DNA of 64,000 bases from an uncultured Gemmatimonadales bacterium (GCA_963851265.1 CAWKNZ010000002.1:1088001-1152000); one strand, 5' to 3'. Shown: positions 28,511-38,166, counted from the first letter of the stretch. The notes: generated from the sequence alone by a model not told the origin. Numbers and translations: made by a program.

Positions 28511-30064
28511 GTGCTCGGGACCTCGAACGAGCTCACGCGAGGCCGCCTCCTCGCGGCGAACGTCGGCCTGAACCTGGCGGGGTGGTTCCTCCCGGCACTC
28601 TCCGCGCTGGTCGCGATCCCCGCGCTCGTCCACGGGATGGGCGCGGAGCGGTTCGGCCTGCTCTCGCTGGCATGGACGATCGTCGGGTACTTCAGCGCGT
28701 TCGACCTCGGCATCGGCCGGGCGCTGACCCAGGCGCTCGCCGAACGCGTCGGAGCAGGCGACCAGTCAGACTCGCCCTTCGTGACCTGGACCGCGTTCTG
28801 GCTGCTGCTGCCGATCGGAGGCGTGTGCGGCGTCGCGCTCGCGCTCGCGGCCCCGAGCCTGGCCGCCCGCGGGCTGCACGTCACGCCTGCGCTGCGCGGC
28901 GAGGCCGCGAGCGCCGTCGGCCTGCTCGCGCTCGCCGTCCCGTTGATGGTGATGACGTCCGGGTTGCGCGCAGTTCTGGAGGCGGGACAGCGGTTCCGCA
29001 CGATCAACGCGCTCCGCGTGCCGCTCGGCCTGCTGACGTTCCTCGGACCGCTCGCGGCGCAACGCATCAGCCACTCGCTCCCGCTCGCGATCGGCGTCCT
29101 CGCGGCCGCGCGCGCGCTCGTCTTCCTCATGCACGTGCTCGCGGTGGGCCTCGTGCACCCGGAGCTACGCCGACCGCGTCCCCCGCGCACCGCCGACCTT
29201 CGCCGCCTCTGGCGCGTCGCCGGATGGATGACGGTCAGCAGCATCATCAGTCCCGTGCTCGTCTCCGCCGACCGGTTCGTGATCGGCGCCGTGCTGCCCA
29301 TGGTGGCGGTCGCGCACTATGCGACCGCCAGCGAAGTTGCGACCAAGATGTGGCTGTTCACGGCCGCGCTGCAGCCGGTCATCTTCCCCGCGCTCGCCGC
29401 GACCGTCGTCGCGGCCCCGCAGCGCGCGGTCGTGCTCTTCGACCGCGGCGTGCGCGCGACCACGCTCGCGCTCGCGCCGGCGACGCTCGTCCTCGTGCTC
29501 TTCGCGCCCGAGTTGCTCGCGCGCTGGCTGGGCGGAGACTTCGCCGCGGCGAGCGCGCCGCTCGTGCGCTGGCTTGCCGTCGCGGTGTTCGTGAACTCGC
29601 TCGCCGGAGTCCCGCACGCGGTCTTGCAGAGCGCCGGGCGCGCCGACCTGCCGGGCAAACTGCACGCGCTCGAACTGCCGCTGTATTTCGGCGCGCTCTG
29701 GCTGCTGCTGCCGCGCTTCGGGCTGAACGGCGTGGCGTTCGCCTGGCTCCTCCGCATGGCCGCGGACGCATTCGCGCAACTCGCCGTCGTCCCACTCGTG
29801 CTGAAGCAGGCGCGCACGGCCGTCTGGCGCGCGGCCGGGATCATGGCCGGCGGTATGGCGTTCTTCGGCGTGCTCACCATCCCGATGCCGCTCGTCGCCC
29901 GCGTCGCGGTCGGTGCGTGCGCCGTCGCCGTGTATCTGGTTGGTGCGCCGCGTTGGCTCGTGACGAGCGGCGAGCGACGCGAAGCGCTCGCGTGGTCGCG
30001 GCAGCGGCTCGCGACGCTCCGGCGGCGCGGCACGGACGGCGAGGCACCGCCGGTCGTCGCGTAA
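28511..30064 (+). CDS. wzx: Wzx flippase (MATE-like)
   Basis: Many TMs; GAERFG, FDLGIGRAL, DRFVIG, GRADLP, FGLNGVA. Confidence 0.9.
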   Translation: MLGTSNELTRGRLLAANVGLNLAGWFLPALSALVAIPALVHGMGAERFGLLSLAWTIVGYFSAFDLGIGRALTQALAERVGAGDQSDSPFVTWTAFWLLLPIGGVCGVALALAAPSLAARGLHVTPALRGEAASAVGLLALAVPLMVMTSGLRAVLEAGQRFRTINALRVPLGLLTFLGPLAAQRISHSLPLAIGVLAAARALVFLMHVLAVGLVHPELRRPRPPRTADLRRLWRVAGWMTVSSIISPVLVSADRFVIGAVLPMVAVAHYATASEVATKMWLFTAALQPVIFPALAATVVAAPQRAVVLFDRGVRATTLALAPATLVLVLFAPELLARWLGGDFAAASAPLVRWLAVAVFVNSLAGVPHAVLQSAGRADLPGKLHALELPLYFGALWLLLPRFGLNGVAFAWLLRMAADAFAQLAVVPLVLKQARTAVWRAAGIMAGGMAFFGVLTIPMPLVARVAVGACAVAVYLVGAPRWLVTSGERREALAWSRQRLATLRRRGTDGEAPPVVA

Positions 30065-30163
30065 GCCGGTCACGGCCTGCCCCGATCCCCGTACGATCGG
30101 GATGCGGGGCTTCGTAAGCCGCGCGGCGGCCCCGTGCGGTGACGCGCGGGGCGCGCCGTGCGG

Positions 30164-31270
30164 TCAGGCGTGCGTCGGGCCGGTGTGCACGACGCGCGCG
30201 TTGCGCGGCGCCTCGGTGAACGACGGGCTGTACCCGAGCCGCCGGCGCAGCGCGTGGAGCAGCGCATCGGTACGTTGGCTGCCGAGCAGGCCGACGCCCG
30301 CCGCGTAGGCGTGGAAGAGCGGGTACCGCCAGAAGCCCATCTTCCAGAGATCGCGGTACAACCCGAAATACGCGCGGACTCCCTCGCCGGCGTGCTGCGC
30401 GAAGGTCGGATAGATGTTGCGCCCGTGGTCGCGGTGAATGCGCGCCAGGAGCTGCGTGCCGTACACCTCGTCGGCGTGGCTCGCGATGTCGAGGTGCGCG
30501 CGCAGGAACCGCACGCTCGCGCCGGCGCGGTGGCCTCCGGGCGTGAAGCGCCCCCGCTCGCGGCGGCTCGCGCCGAAATCGGGGATGCCGCCCATGCGGT
30601 ACCAGGCGAGCACGTCCGGCAGGAAGAGCCCCGGGCGGTTCATCAGGATGTGCGCGGCGAGGTGCAGCTGATAGAACAGCGTTCCGTCGAAGCGATCGGT
30701 CGCGTGGCGCAGCGCCTCTTCGCGGTGGAAAACGAGGCCGGACATCACGACGAGCCGCCGGTAAAACGTGACCACGGTGTCGGGGCCGGGCGGGAAGAGC
30801 AGCGCGTCCTTGTAGTACCGCGTGACGGTGTACAGCTCGTCCGGTCGCTCGCCGCGGAAGCGCGCGAACGTGCGCAGCACGACGCCGACGTCGGGGAACT
30901 GCGTGAGGGCGTTGGCGACGATGCCCAACGCGCCCGGCGCGACCAGGTCGTCGTTGCCGATGATGAAGCAGTAGTCGCCGTGCGACTGGCGGATCAGCTC
31001 GCGGAAGTTGCCGTCGTAGCCGAGCGTCTCCGGGTTTTCGACGTACGTGAACTTGCCCGGGTGCGCGGCCTCGTAGCGCGCGACGACCTGGCGGATCTGT
31101 TCGCGCTGCGGCGAGTTGTCCTCGCAGATCACCACCTCGTAGTGCGGGTAGTCCTGCGTGACGATCGAGTCGAGGAGCGCGGGCAGCTCGGCCGCGCGAT
31201 TGTACGACGGGATGCAGACGGAGATTACGAGCGGAGCCGCGGCAGCCGCGGCGGGAAGTTCCGAAGTCAC
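30164..31270 (-). CDS. Glycosyltransferase family 2
   Basis: GTGA overlap with upstream gene; ISVCIPSYNR, ICEDNS, LGYDGN, IGNDD. Confidence 0.92.
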   Translation of the reverse strand: MTSELPAAAAAAPLVISVCIPSYNRAAELPALLDSIVTQDYPHYEVVICEDNSPQREQIRQVVARYEAAHPGKFTYVENPETLGYDGNFRELIRQSHGDYCFIIGNDDLVAPGALGIVANALTQFPDVGVVLRTFARFRGERPDELYTVTRYYKDALLFPPGPDTVVTFYRRLVVMSGLVFHREEALRHATDRFDGTLFYQLHLAAHILMNRPGLFLPDVLAWYRMGGIPDFGASRRERGRFTPGGHRAGASVRFLRAHLDIASHADEVYGTQLLARIHRDHGRNIYPTFAQHAGEGVRAYFGLYRDLWKMGFWRYPLFHAYAAGVGLLGSQRTDALLHALRRRLGYSPSFTEAPRNARVVHTGPTHA

Positions 31271-32976
31271 TGGCGTTGTCGGGCCGCGCGTGGCGAGAGA
31301 GAGAACCTCAGCGCGATGTTGCTGACGTCCACGGTGCCGAGCGCGAAGATGTTGGACTGTCCGTTCTGGAACAGGTAGTTCAACCGGTTGGTCGCGGCGA
31401 GCTCGCCGCGCACGTCCAACGCGGGGAGCCGAAGCCCGCCGCGCACGCCGCCGCCGAGCGTGACGTCGTGGCGCGCGAGGTTGGCGGCAAACTGGCGGTA
31501 CAGCGCGTCGTTCTGGTTGCGTACGCGCTCGGCGAAGGTTCCGAATTGCCAGGTACGCGCGTAGTAGTCGACGCCGAGATACTGGCTCTGCGACCCGGGG
31601 CCGATCGCCGCGCCGAGCACCTGCCCGCGGTTGGTGAAGCCGCCCGGCGCCGCACGCCCCGTGTAGTAGTCGGGCGGCGCGGGTAGGTCGCTGAACTTGC
31701 GCGTCTGCTCGAGGTCGGTCAGCTCGGCGCGGACGATCACCGACGCGCCCTGCGGCGCGCGCCACCCGTGCGCGACTCCGAGCGTGTACGCGCCGGTGTA
31801 GAGCGGCGCGATGAGGAACTGGCGGACCGAGCGCGGAAGTTCGGAGCGCGAGAATTCCGCATACACCTCGGAGCGGGCGCTCGGCAGCAGCCACCGCGCG
31901 AACGCCCCGGTCAACTGATCGCTGCTGCGCGGCGTCGATGGCGTCGTGCCGGACCCGAGATTCTGATTCCGGTACAACACGTCTAACGCGTGCCCGAACA
32001 CGTCGAAGCCGGAGTGGACCGGCGTGAGCACCATCCGCTCGAATCCGACGGTCACCGTCGTGTCCGCCGACGGGCGGAGCGTGACGACGGCACCGCTCAA
32101 CGCGCGGCCACTCGGCGAGCCGGCCGGCTGGCGAAAATAGAGCGACGGCGTGAGCGACCCGATGATGGCGCGCCCCTCGACATCCCCGATCCGCGTTCGT
32201 AGCGGACGGGCCGTCTGGACGAACGCGTGCATCATTCCTTCGGCCGAGTTGCCGAGCAGGAGCGCGTTCCGAACGCCGGGGCCCCACCACTGATTCTCGC
32301 TCGACACGCCGGCGACGAGCGGGCCCGCGTCGACGCTGACGCGGCTCTGTCCCCAGCCGAGCGTCGCGTAGGGCAGGTCGCCGAACCGCAGCGGAAGGTC
32401 GGCCGAGTATGCGCCGGTGTACCACGGCGCCGCGTATGGACCCGTCGTCGAAGTCTGTCCGGTCAGTCCGGACGCCACCGTCTGAAATCCGCGGTTTTGC
32501 GCGTACGTGAACTCCGGGTCGAAGACCAGGGTCACGCGCGACGCGCGAAGCGCGATTCCCGCGCGCACGAGCGTGCTCACGCCGCGGCCTGCCCAGAGCG
32601 CCCCATCGTTCGCCGGCGTCGCGATCGCGGAATTGGTGCTCACGAGCGCCTCGGGCGCGATGAACCAGACGGCGTACGACGTGCCGACGCCGAGGCGTAA
32701 CGGCACGAGCGGCGTCGGCGTGCGCAGGAGGTAACCCGCCGCGGCGGAATCGCCGCTCAACTGTCGGACCCGAGCGCGTTCGTCCGACGGACTACCGACC
32801 GTCGCGAGCGCGGTGGCGTTCACGCCGACGAACGGCGCCGACGCGGGCGCTTGCGCGGCCGCGCGCGCGAATGGGACGAATGGGACGAGCGCCGACGCGA
32901 GGCCGCCTGCGCGCACGAAAGGGCGGGTAGATTGACGGCGGGCCGGCCGCGTCCGCGAGCAGAACGGTCCGTTCAC
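31267..32976 (-). CDS. Capsule assembly Wzi-family outer-membrane protein (start uncertain)
   Basis: Signal peptide (ARAAAQA), NDGALWAGRG, DLPLRFG, ENQWWGPG..NALLLGN, GQVLGAAIGPGS. Confidence 0.75.
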   Translation of the reverse strand: MNGPFCSRTRPARRQSTRPFVRAGGLASALVPFVPFARAAAQAPASAPFVGVNATALATVGSPSDERARVRQLSGDSAAAGYLLRTPTPLVPLRLGVGTSYAVWFIAPEALVSTNSAIATPANDGALWAGRGVSTLVRAGIALRASRVTLVFDPEFTYAQNRGFQTVASGLTGQTSTTGPYAAPWYTGAYSADLPLRFGDLPYATLGWGQSRVSVDAGPLVAGVSSENQWWGPGVRNALLLGNSAEGMMHAFVQTARPLRTRIGDVEGRAIIGSLTPSLYFRQPAGSPSGRALSGAVVTLRPSADTTVTVGFERMVLTPVHSGFDVFGHALDVLYRNQNLGSGTTPSTPRSSDQLTGAFARWLLPSARSEVYAEFSRSELPRSVRQFLIAPLYTGAYTLGVAHGWRAPQGASVIVRAELTDLEQTRKFSDLPAPPDYYTGRAAPGGFTNRGQVLGAAIGPGSQSQYLGVDYYARTWQFGTFAERVRNQNDALYRQFAANLARHDVTLGGGVRGGLRLPALDVRGELAATNRLNYLFQNGQSNIFALGTVDVSNIALRFSLSPRAARQRQ

Positions 32977-32991
32977 GATATCGGGACAGGG

Positions 32992-34641
32992 ATGAACTTC
33001 TTGCTGGGCGTTCGCCGGTGCGCGCGGATCGCGGCGTGCGCCGGTGGCGCGCTGACCGTGACCGCGCTCGACGTGCAGCGCGGCGTTGCGCAGGGTACGA
33101 CCGTGGTCATGGGCGGCCGACCAGCAGACTGGTCCGACGCCGCGGTGGCGAGCGAAGAAGAAAACTACCTGCGCGTGCTGCAGGTGGCTGGCCTCGCGAA
33201 GTCCCGCCCCTGGTCGTTGCGTCCGTTCGGCCCAGGCGAGGTGCGCGACCTGCTGCCGGCGGGCACGAAGCACCCGTGGTCGCGCCGGTTCGCCGCCGAC
33301 TCCGTGCCGAGCGGTGCATTCCGGGTCCGCTCCGTCGGATTCGACGCCGGTCTGGCGGTGAACACGGGGTTTCCGTTGAGCATGAACGACGGTGCGATCT
33401 GGACGGGTCGAGGCCCGACCGTGTACGCACGCGGCGGATACGTCCTCGAATGGCGCGCCGTGCGCGGGATCACGTTCAGCGCGCGCATCGAGCCCACGGC
33501 GTTCTGGGCGTCGAACCTCAGCGCGTCGATCGCGCCCAACGGGCAGACGGGGCCGCGTCGCTTCGGCGACGCGCTCGAGCCGTTCTACATCGACAACCCG
33601 CAGCGCTTCGGAAGCACCGCCTATGCGCGGCTCGATCCCGGGCAGAGCGACGTGCGTCTCGACGTCTTCGTCCTGACGGCGGGAATCTCGACGGCAAACG
33701 CGTGGTGGGGGCCGACGATCACCGATCCGCAGATCCTCGGCAGCAACGCGGCGGGGTTCCCGCACGCGTTCATCGGCACCAGCCACCCCGTGAACCTCGG
33801 GTTCGGGACCATTCACGCGCAACTGATCGCGGGGAAGTTGTCGCAGTCCGCGTATTCGCCGATGCCGGCCGATTCGGCGGACCGAACGGCGACCGGCGGC
33901 GTGGTCGTGTTCTCGCCTGCGGGTGCTGCCGGTCTCGAGCTCGGCGCGACTCGCTTCATCCACACGCCTTGGTCGGGAACGTCGCACGCGCTCTCACGCA
34001 TCACCGCGGGGATCGCGTCCGGTGTTCACGCGAGCGATCAGACCAACTCGCAAAACCAACTCGCGAGCGTCTTCGGGCGGTGGGTGTTCGCGCCGGCGCG
34101 CTTCGAGGTGTGGGGCGAATACATGCGGAACGACGCGGTCGCGAATTCGCGCGACCTCGCGGTCGAGCCGGACCACGACGTGGGGTTCACGGTGGGCGCG
34201 CGACGCGTCTGGACGCGCGCCGACGGCGGGCTCGGCGCGCTCCGCGTCGAGTGGCTGAACGACGCCATCACGCACCTCGACCGCGTACGTGATCAGGTCC
34301 GTCCCTACCAGCACACGCAACTGCGTCAGGGCCACACCGAACTCGGGCAGGTCCTCGGCTCCGAAGGCGGGCAGGGCGGTTCGAGCGTGACTCTCGGCTA
34401 CGATCGCTACGCGCGCGACGGCCGCTGGACCTTTGAGGCCGCCAGACGCGTGGTGCAGTCGTCGCTGGTGGAGGCCGCGCCCGTCTCGTCGTACGACGTG
34501 CTCCTCTGGCTCCGCGCCGAGCGGCTGCGGTTTGGGAAGCGACACGACCTGTTCTACGGTGCCGCCGTCGCGCCCGAGCTCAACCGAAACTTCGGGTCGG
34601 ACGCCTTCAACCTGCGCCTCGACGCCGGCTACCGCTTCTAA
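32992..34641 (+). CDS. Capsule assembly Wzi-family outer-membrane protein
   Basis: NDGAIWTGRG, DNPQRFG, ANAWWGP..ILGSNAAGFPH, GQVLG, C-terminal beta-signal ending YRF. Confidence 0.75.
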   Translation: MNFLLGVRRCARIAACAGGALTVTALDVQRGVAQGTTVVMGGRPADWSDAAVASEEENYLRVLQVAGLAKSRPWSLRPFGPGEVRDLLPAGTKHPWSRRFAADSVPSGAFRVRSVGFDAGLAVNTGFPLSMNDGAIWTGRGPTVYARGGYVLEWRAVRGITFSARIEPTAFWASNLSASIAPNGQTGPRRFGDALEPFYIDNPQRFGSTAYARLDPGQSDVRLDVFVLTAGISTANAWWGPTITDPQILGSNAAGFPHAFIGTSHPVNLGFGTIHAQLIAGKLSQSAYSPMPADSADRTATGGVVVFSPAGAAGLELGATRFIHTPWSGTSHALSRITAGIASGVHASDQTNSQNQLASVFGRWVFAPARFEVWGEYMRNDAVANSRDLAVEPDHDVGFTVGARRVWTRADGGLGALRVEWLNDAITHLDRVRDQVRPYQHTQLRQGHTELGQVLGSEGGQGGSSVTLGYDRYARDGRWTFEAARRVVQSSLVEAAPVSSYDVLLWLRAERLRFGKRHDLFYGAAVAPELNRNFGSDAFNLRLDAGYRF

Positions 34642-34665
34642 GCGCGGACGGAGGGGCGGACTGCG

Positions 34666-34703
34666 CGACGGGGTCACGGCGCGCCTGCGCCGTGACCCCG
34701 TCG
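34666..34703. terminator. Perfect 17-bp stem/4-nt loop between convergent wzi and tRNA-Val; probable bidirectional terminator
   Basis: CGACGGGGTCACGGCGC-GCCT-GCGCCGTGACCCCGTCG; no U-tract. Confidence 0.7.
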
Positions 34704-34714
34704 GATAATCAGAG

Positions 34715-34788
34715 TGGACGCGCAGGGACTCGAACCCCGGACCTCTGCTGTGTGAAAGCAGCGCTCTAACCAGCTGAGCTACGCGTCC
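34715..34788 (-). tRNA. tRNA-Val(CAC), CCA not encoded
   Basis: GGACGCGTAGCTCAGCTGGTTAGAGCG CTGCT-TTCACAC-AGCAG AGGTCCGGGGTTCGAGTCCCTGCGCGTCCA. Confidence 0.96.
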
Positions 34789-34856
34789 TCGCGCCGCCGT
34801 GTGGCGGCTCGTGGATCCTAACCAACACCGATCCGGCGCGGAAGTCCGACGGCTGA

Positions 34857-34929
34857 TGGGCCCTGTGGGATTTGAACCCACGACCGAGCGATTATGAGTC
34901 GCCTGCTCTAACCGCTGAGCTAAGGACCC
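34857..34929 (-). tRNA. tRNA with CAT anticodon, most likely tRNA-Ile2 (lysidine) rather than Met
   Basis: GGGTCCTTAGCTCAGCGGTTAGAGCAGGCGA-CTCATAA-TCGCTCGGTCGTGGGTTCAAATCCCACAGGGCCCA; anticodon arm matches the E. coli Ile2 type as recalled. Confidence 0.9.
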
Positions 34930-35274
34930 GGCGACGGCGGCGGCCACGAGCCCCCACCGAACGCGGAGGAAGATAACGCCGACCGTCCGTCAACGCGGAT
35001 CGGCGGTAAGGGGCCGATTAGAATCCGGGGTTACACGGAGCGTGGGGACCGGGCGTTGCGCCGTACTGGGCGCAACAGCACGGCCAATAGACGTGAACGA
35101 GCGGCGGCATCGGTGAAACCGGCCGCGCGACAGGGAGGTTGCGTCAGGGATGGGATACAGGGATCAGCACGGTGAGCGGTGCCCGAGGGCGGCGATCGCA
35201 GAGGCGAGGGCCGCGCTGCGTACCCGATCGCGGGTCGACCGGCGGGAAATCGGCGGCAGAGGCGCTGCCCTGCG

Positions 35275-35889
35275 ATGAGCACGCGCTCGCCCGAGTCGGT
35301 CGTCGTGGCGCCGCACCCGGACGGCGCCCGCGGATTCGCGAGCGCGACGGACCTCCCCGGAGTGGTTCTATTCTCTCCCCCGGTCTACCGCGATCCGCGC
35401 GGGTTTTTCCGCGAGGTGTGGCGTGCCGACCGGTACACGGCCGCGGGAATCCGCGAAGCGTTCGTGCAGGACAACGTGTCGTACTCGCAGCGCGGCGTGT
35501 TGCGCGGGCTCCACTTCCAGGAGCCGGAGGGCCAGGGCAAGCTCGTCAGCGCCCTCATGGGTGCGGTGTGCGACGTCGTCGTCGACGTGCGCCTGGGATC
35601 ACCGACGTTCGGCCGCTCGGAATGCTTCGAGTTGTCCGAGCAGAACGGACGTCAGCTGTATGTCCCGCCCGGGTTCGCTCACGGTTTCGTCGTGCTCTCC
35701 GAGGTCGCGCTCTTCGCGTACAAGTGCACGGCGTACTACTCACCGGCGCATGAGCGCGTGGTGATGTGGAACGACCCCGAGCTGCGCATCGACTGGCCGG
35801 CCGACCTCGAATTCACCGTCTCGCCTCGTGACGCGGCCGGGCGGCCGCTGCGCGAGTTCGCGCCGGACGAGCTCCCGCGCTGGCGTTGA
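35275..35889 (+). CDS. rfbC: dTDP-4-dehydrorhamnose 3,5-epimerase
   Basis: DPRGFFRE, QDNVSYS, LRGLHFQ, QGKLV, VPPGFAHGF. Confidence 0.96.
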   Translation: MSTRSPESVVVAPHPDGARGFASATDLPGVVLFSPPVYRDPRGFFREVWRADRYTAAGIREAFVQDNVSYSQRGVLRGLHFQEPEGQGKLVSALMGAVCDVVVDVRLGSPTFGRSECFELSEQNGRQLYVPPGFAHGFVVLSEVALFAYKCTAYYSPAHERVVMWNDPELRIDWPADLEFTVSPRDAAGRPLREFAPDELPRWR

Positions 35890-36884
35890 TCGCGCGTTCC
35901 GCGGGCGACGTGAGCATCGGGGAGCAGTCGCCTGTGGCGTCCTCACGTCCGCCGATCGTCGTGGTCGGAGCCGGCGGTCAGGTCGGGTGGGAGTTGGTGC
36001 GCGCGTTCGCCCCGCTCGGACCCGTCATGGCGCTCGACCGCGCCCGACTCGACCTAACCGACCTCGATGCGGTCTCGGCGTGCATCCGGCAGATCGCGCC
36101 GCGCGCCGTGGTCAACGCGGCCGCGTACACCGACGTGGACGGCGCCGAGCGAGAGCCCGCGCTCGCCCGGCGCATCAATGCGGAGGCGCCGGGCGCGCTG
36201 GCCGCCGCGACGGCGGCTCTCGGCGTGCCGCTCGTGCACTACTCGACCGACTACGTCTTCGACGGAACGGCTGTCACGCCGTATCGCGAGAACTCGCCGA
36301 CCGCGCCCCTGGGCGTCTACGGCCGGACGAAGGTCGACGGAGAGACTGCGATCGCCGCCGCGGACGGGCCCCATCTCATCATCCGCACGAGTTGGGTCTA
36401 TGGCGCACGTGGGCGCAATTTCCTGCGCACGATGCTGCGCCTCGCGCACACGCGCCCTGCGCTGCGCGTGGTCGCGGACCAGCGCGGCGCGCCGACGTGG
36501 AGCCGGGCGATCGCGGAGGCAACGGCGTGCATGCTCGCGCGGCTCGCGCAGCCCGACGGGCGGTTCGTGCTCGACGGCGACCGCGCGGGCGTGTACCACG
36601 TGACCGCGGCCGGGGAGACGACGTGGCACGAATTCGCCCGCGCCATCCTCGCGGCGGATCCGGCGCGCGACGCCCAGAGCTGTCGGGAGTTGGAGCCGGT
36701 CACGTCTGCGGAATACGGCAGCCCGGTCGCGCGCCCCGCGTATTCGGTGCTCGCGTGTGACCGCGCGCGCGAGGTATTCGGCGTTCAGCTTCCCACGTGG
36801 GACGAGCAGCTCGCGCTCGTCATGGCCGAGGTCGCGGAGCGGGCGAGCGGGGCCGGGGCCGCGACCGCCGGCTCGCCGCGTTAG
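35886..36884 (+). CDS. rfbD: dTDP-4-dehydrorhamnose reductase (start may be GTG 35910)
   Basis: GAGGQVG, NAAAYTDVD, STDYVFDG, YGRTK, RTSWVY, DQRGAPT, RPAYSVL. Confidence 0.95.
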   Translation: MIARSAGDVSIGEQSPVASSRPPIVVVGAGGQVGWELVRAFAPLGPVMALDRARLDLTDLDAVSACIRQIAPRAVVNAAAYTDVDGAEREPALARRINAEAPGALAAATAALGVPLVHYSTDYVFDGTAVTPYRENSPTAPLGVYGRTKVDGETAIAAADGPHLIIRTSWVYGARGRNFLRTMLRLAHTRPALRVVADQRGAPTWSRAIAEATACMLARLAQPDGRFVLDGDRAGVYHVTAAGETTWHEFARAILAADPARDAQSCRELEPVTSAEYGSPVARPAYSVLACDRAREVFGVQLPTWDEQLALVMAEVAERASGAGAATAGSPR

Positions 36885-38044
36885 GCTCCGCCGGCGCGCT
36901 CCGCCGGCGGGTGTTCCTCGAGCAGCATGTCGTACGCGCTCACGACCTCGTCGGGCGCGACCGATTGCGCGCCGAGCTTTCCGACTTCGACGCCCGCCGC
37001 GAAGTTGGCGATCACCGCCGCCTCGCGCGGGGTCGCGCCTGCGCCGAGCATCACCGCGAGGTACGCCGTCACGGTGTCGCCCGCGCCGACCACGTCGTAC
37101 ACGTCGCGCGCCGCGGTCGGGATCCGAAATGGGACGGCGTCGCCGGTGAGCAGCGCCATCCCGCGCTCGCCCAGGGTGAGGAGGAGCTGGTCGACGCCGA
37201 GCCGGGCGAGGGTCGCGGGGAGGGCCTGCGGGTCGTCGAGGTCGACGGCGGCGCCGAGCGCGGCTTCGAGTTCGCGCCGATTCGGCTTGAAGACGGTCGC
37301 GCCGCGGTACTGAAAGAAGTTGCGGTACTTCGGGTCGACGACGATCGGGATGCCGCGACCGCGGGCGACGGCGATCGCGTGCGTGATGACCGCCGGCACG
37401 AGCACGCCCTTGTTGTAGTCCTCGAGCACGAGCGCGGTCGCGCCCTCGAGCGCCGCGGATACGGCGCCGAGGACGCGCGCCTCGTCGTTGGCCGCGAGAT
37501 CGGCGTCGTCTTCCTCGTCGAACCGGACGACCTGCTGCGCGCGCGCGAGGACCCGCGTCTTCGTGGTCGTCGGGCGGTCGAGCGTGACGAGGGCGGTCGG
37601 GTCCGCGCCGATCGCGACGAGCATCTCGCGGAGCCGGCCGCCGGCGAGGTCTGCGCCGACGGTGGCGACGAGCGCGCACCCCGCGCCGAGCGCGGCAACG
37701 TTCTGGGCGACGTTGGCCGCCCCGCCGAGCGCGTCGCGCCGTTCCCGGACGCGTACCACGGGGACCGGCGCCTCGGGCGAGATGCGTTCGACGTCGCCGC
37801 GATAGTAGACGTCGAGCATCGCGTCGCCGACCACCACGACGCGCTGCGCGGGCGCGTGGGCGAGCAGTTCGAGCAGGCGCGCGCGGGGCAGGGCGGCGAG
37901 TGCCACGTCGTGCGCCGGGCTGTGTGCCGGGGGCGCGAATTCGGTGCCGGTGGCGGGGACCGCCGGCGCGTGCGCCGGCGGCGATGACGCTCCTGCCGTC
38001 TGCGGCGCGGGCTCGGTCGTGGCGGTGACGGGGACGGTGGTCAC
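36881..38044 (-). CDS. rfaE1: D-glycero-beta-D-manno-heptose-7-phosphate kinase (RfaE1/HldA, kinase domain only); start uncertain
   Basis: VGDAMLD, RISPEAPVPV, GGAANVA, DYNKG, DPK, DVVGAGDT. Confidence 0.92.
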   Translation of the reverse strand: MTTVPVTATTEPAPQTAGASSPPAHAPAVPATGTEFAPPAHSPAHDVALAALPRARLLELLAHAPAQRVVVVGDAMLDVYYRGDVERISPEAPVPVVRVRERRDALGGAANVAQNVAALGAGCALVATVGADLAGGRLREMLVAIGADPTALVTLDRPTTTKTRVLARAQQVVRFDEEDDADLAANDEARVLGAVSAALEGATALVLEDYNKGVLVPAVITHAIAVARGRGIPIVVDPKYRNFFQYRGATVFKPNRRELEAALGAAVDLDDPQALPATLARLGVDQLLLTLGERGMALLTGDAVPFRIPTAARDVYDVVGAGDTVTAYLAVMLGAGATPREAAVIANFAAGVEVGKLGAQSVAPDEVVSAYDMLLEEHPPAERAGGA

Positions 38045-38166
38045 GCGCGATACGGTAACCCGGCGGGGTGCGCGGGGCAACGCGCGGTCGCGCCCGGCAC
38101 GACGATTGCCCACCAGCGGGACGCACGTGGGGGCGCGTCCGACCCGCGCCCCGCCCCGACGCCACC

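Noticed and set aside
32868..32888. 9-bp tandem duplication GAATGGGAC
   Set aside because: In-frame two-copy duplication (VPFVPF) in a signal region; unremarkable.
30164..33987. Long N-terminal extensions in the ORF track (also 14919-17183, 5763-8087, 25655-27616, 8937-11261)
   Set aside because: The extensions overlap neighbouring real genes; internal starts fit motifs and overlaps better, so these are not fusions.
34857..34929. tRNA-Met call for the CAT tRNA
   Set aside because: Lacks initiator features (no C1 mismatch, no GGG/CCC anticodon stem) and the arm matches the Ile2 type; elongator Met is not fully excluded.
34970..34993. Minus-strand TTGACG/TATCTT promoter for the tRNAs
   Set aside because: Spacer is only 12 bp, so the pair cannot be supported as one promoter.
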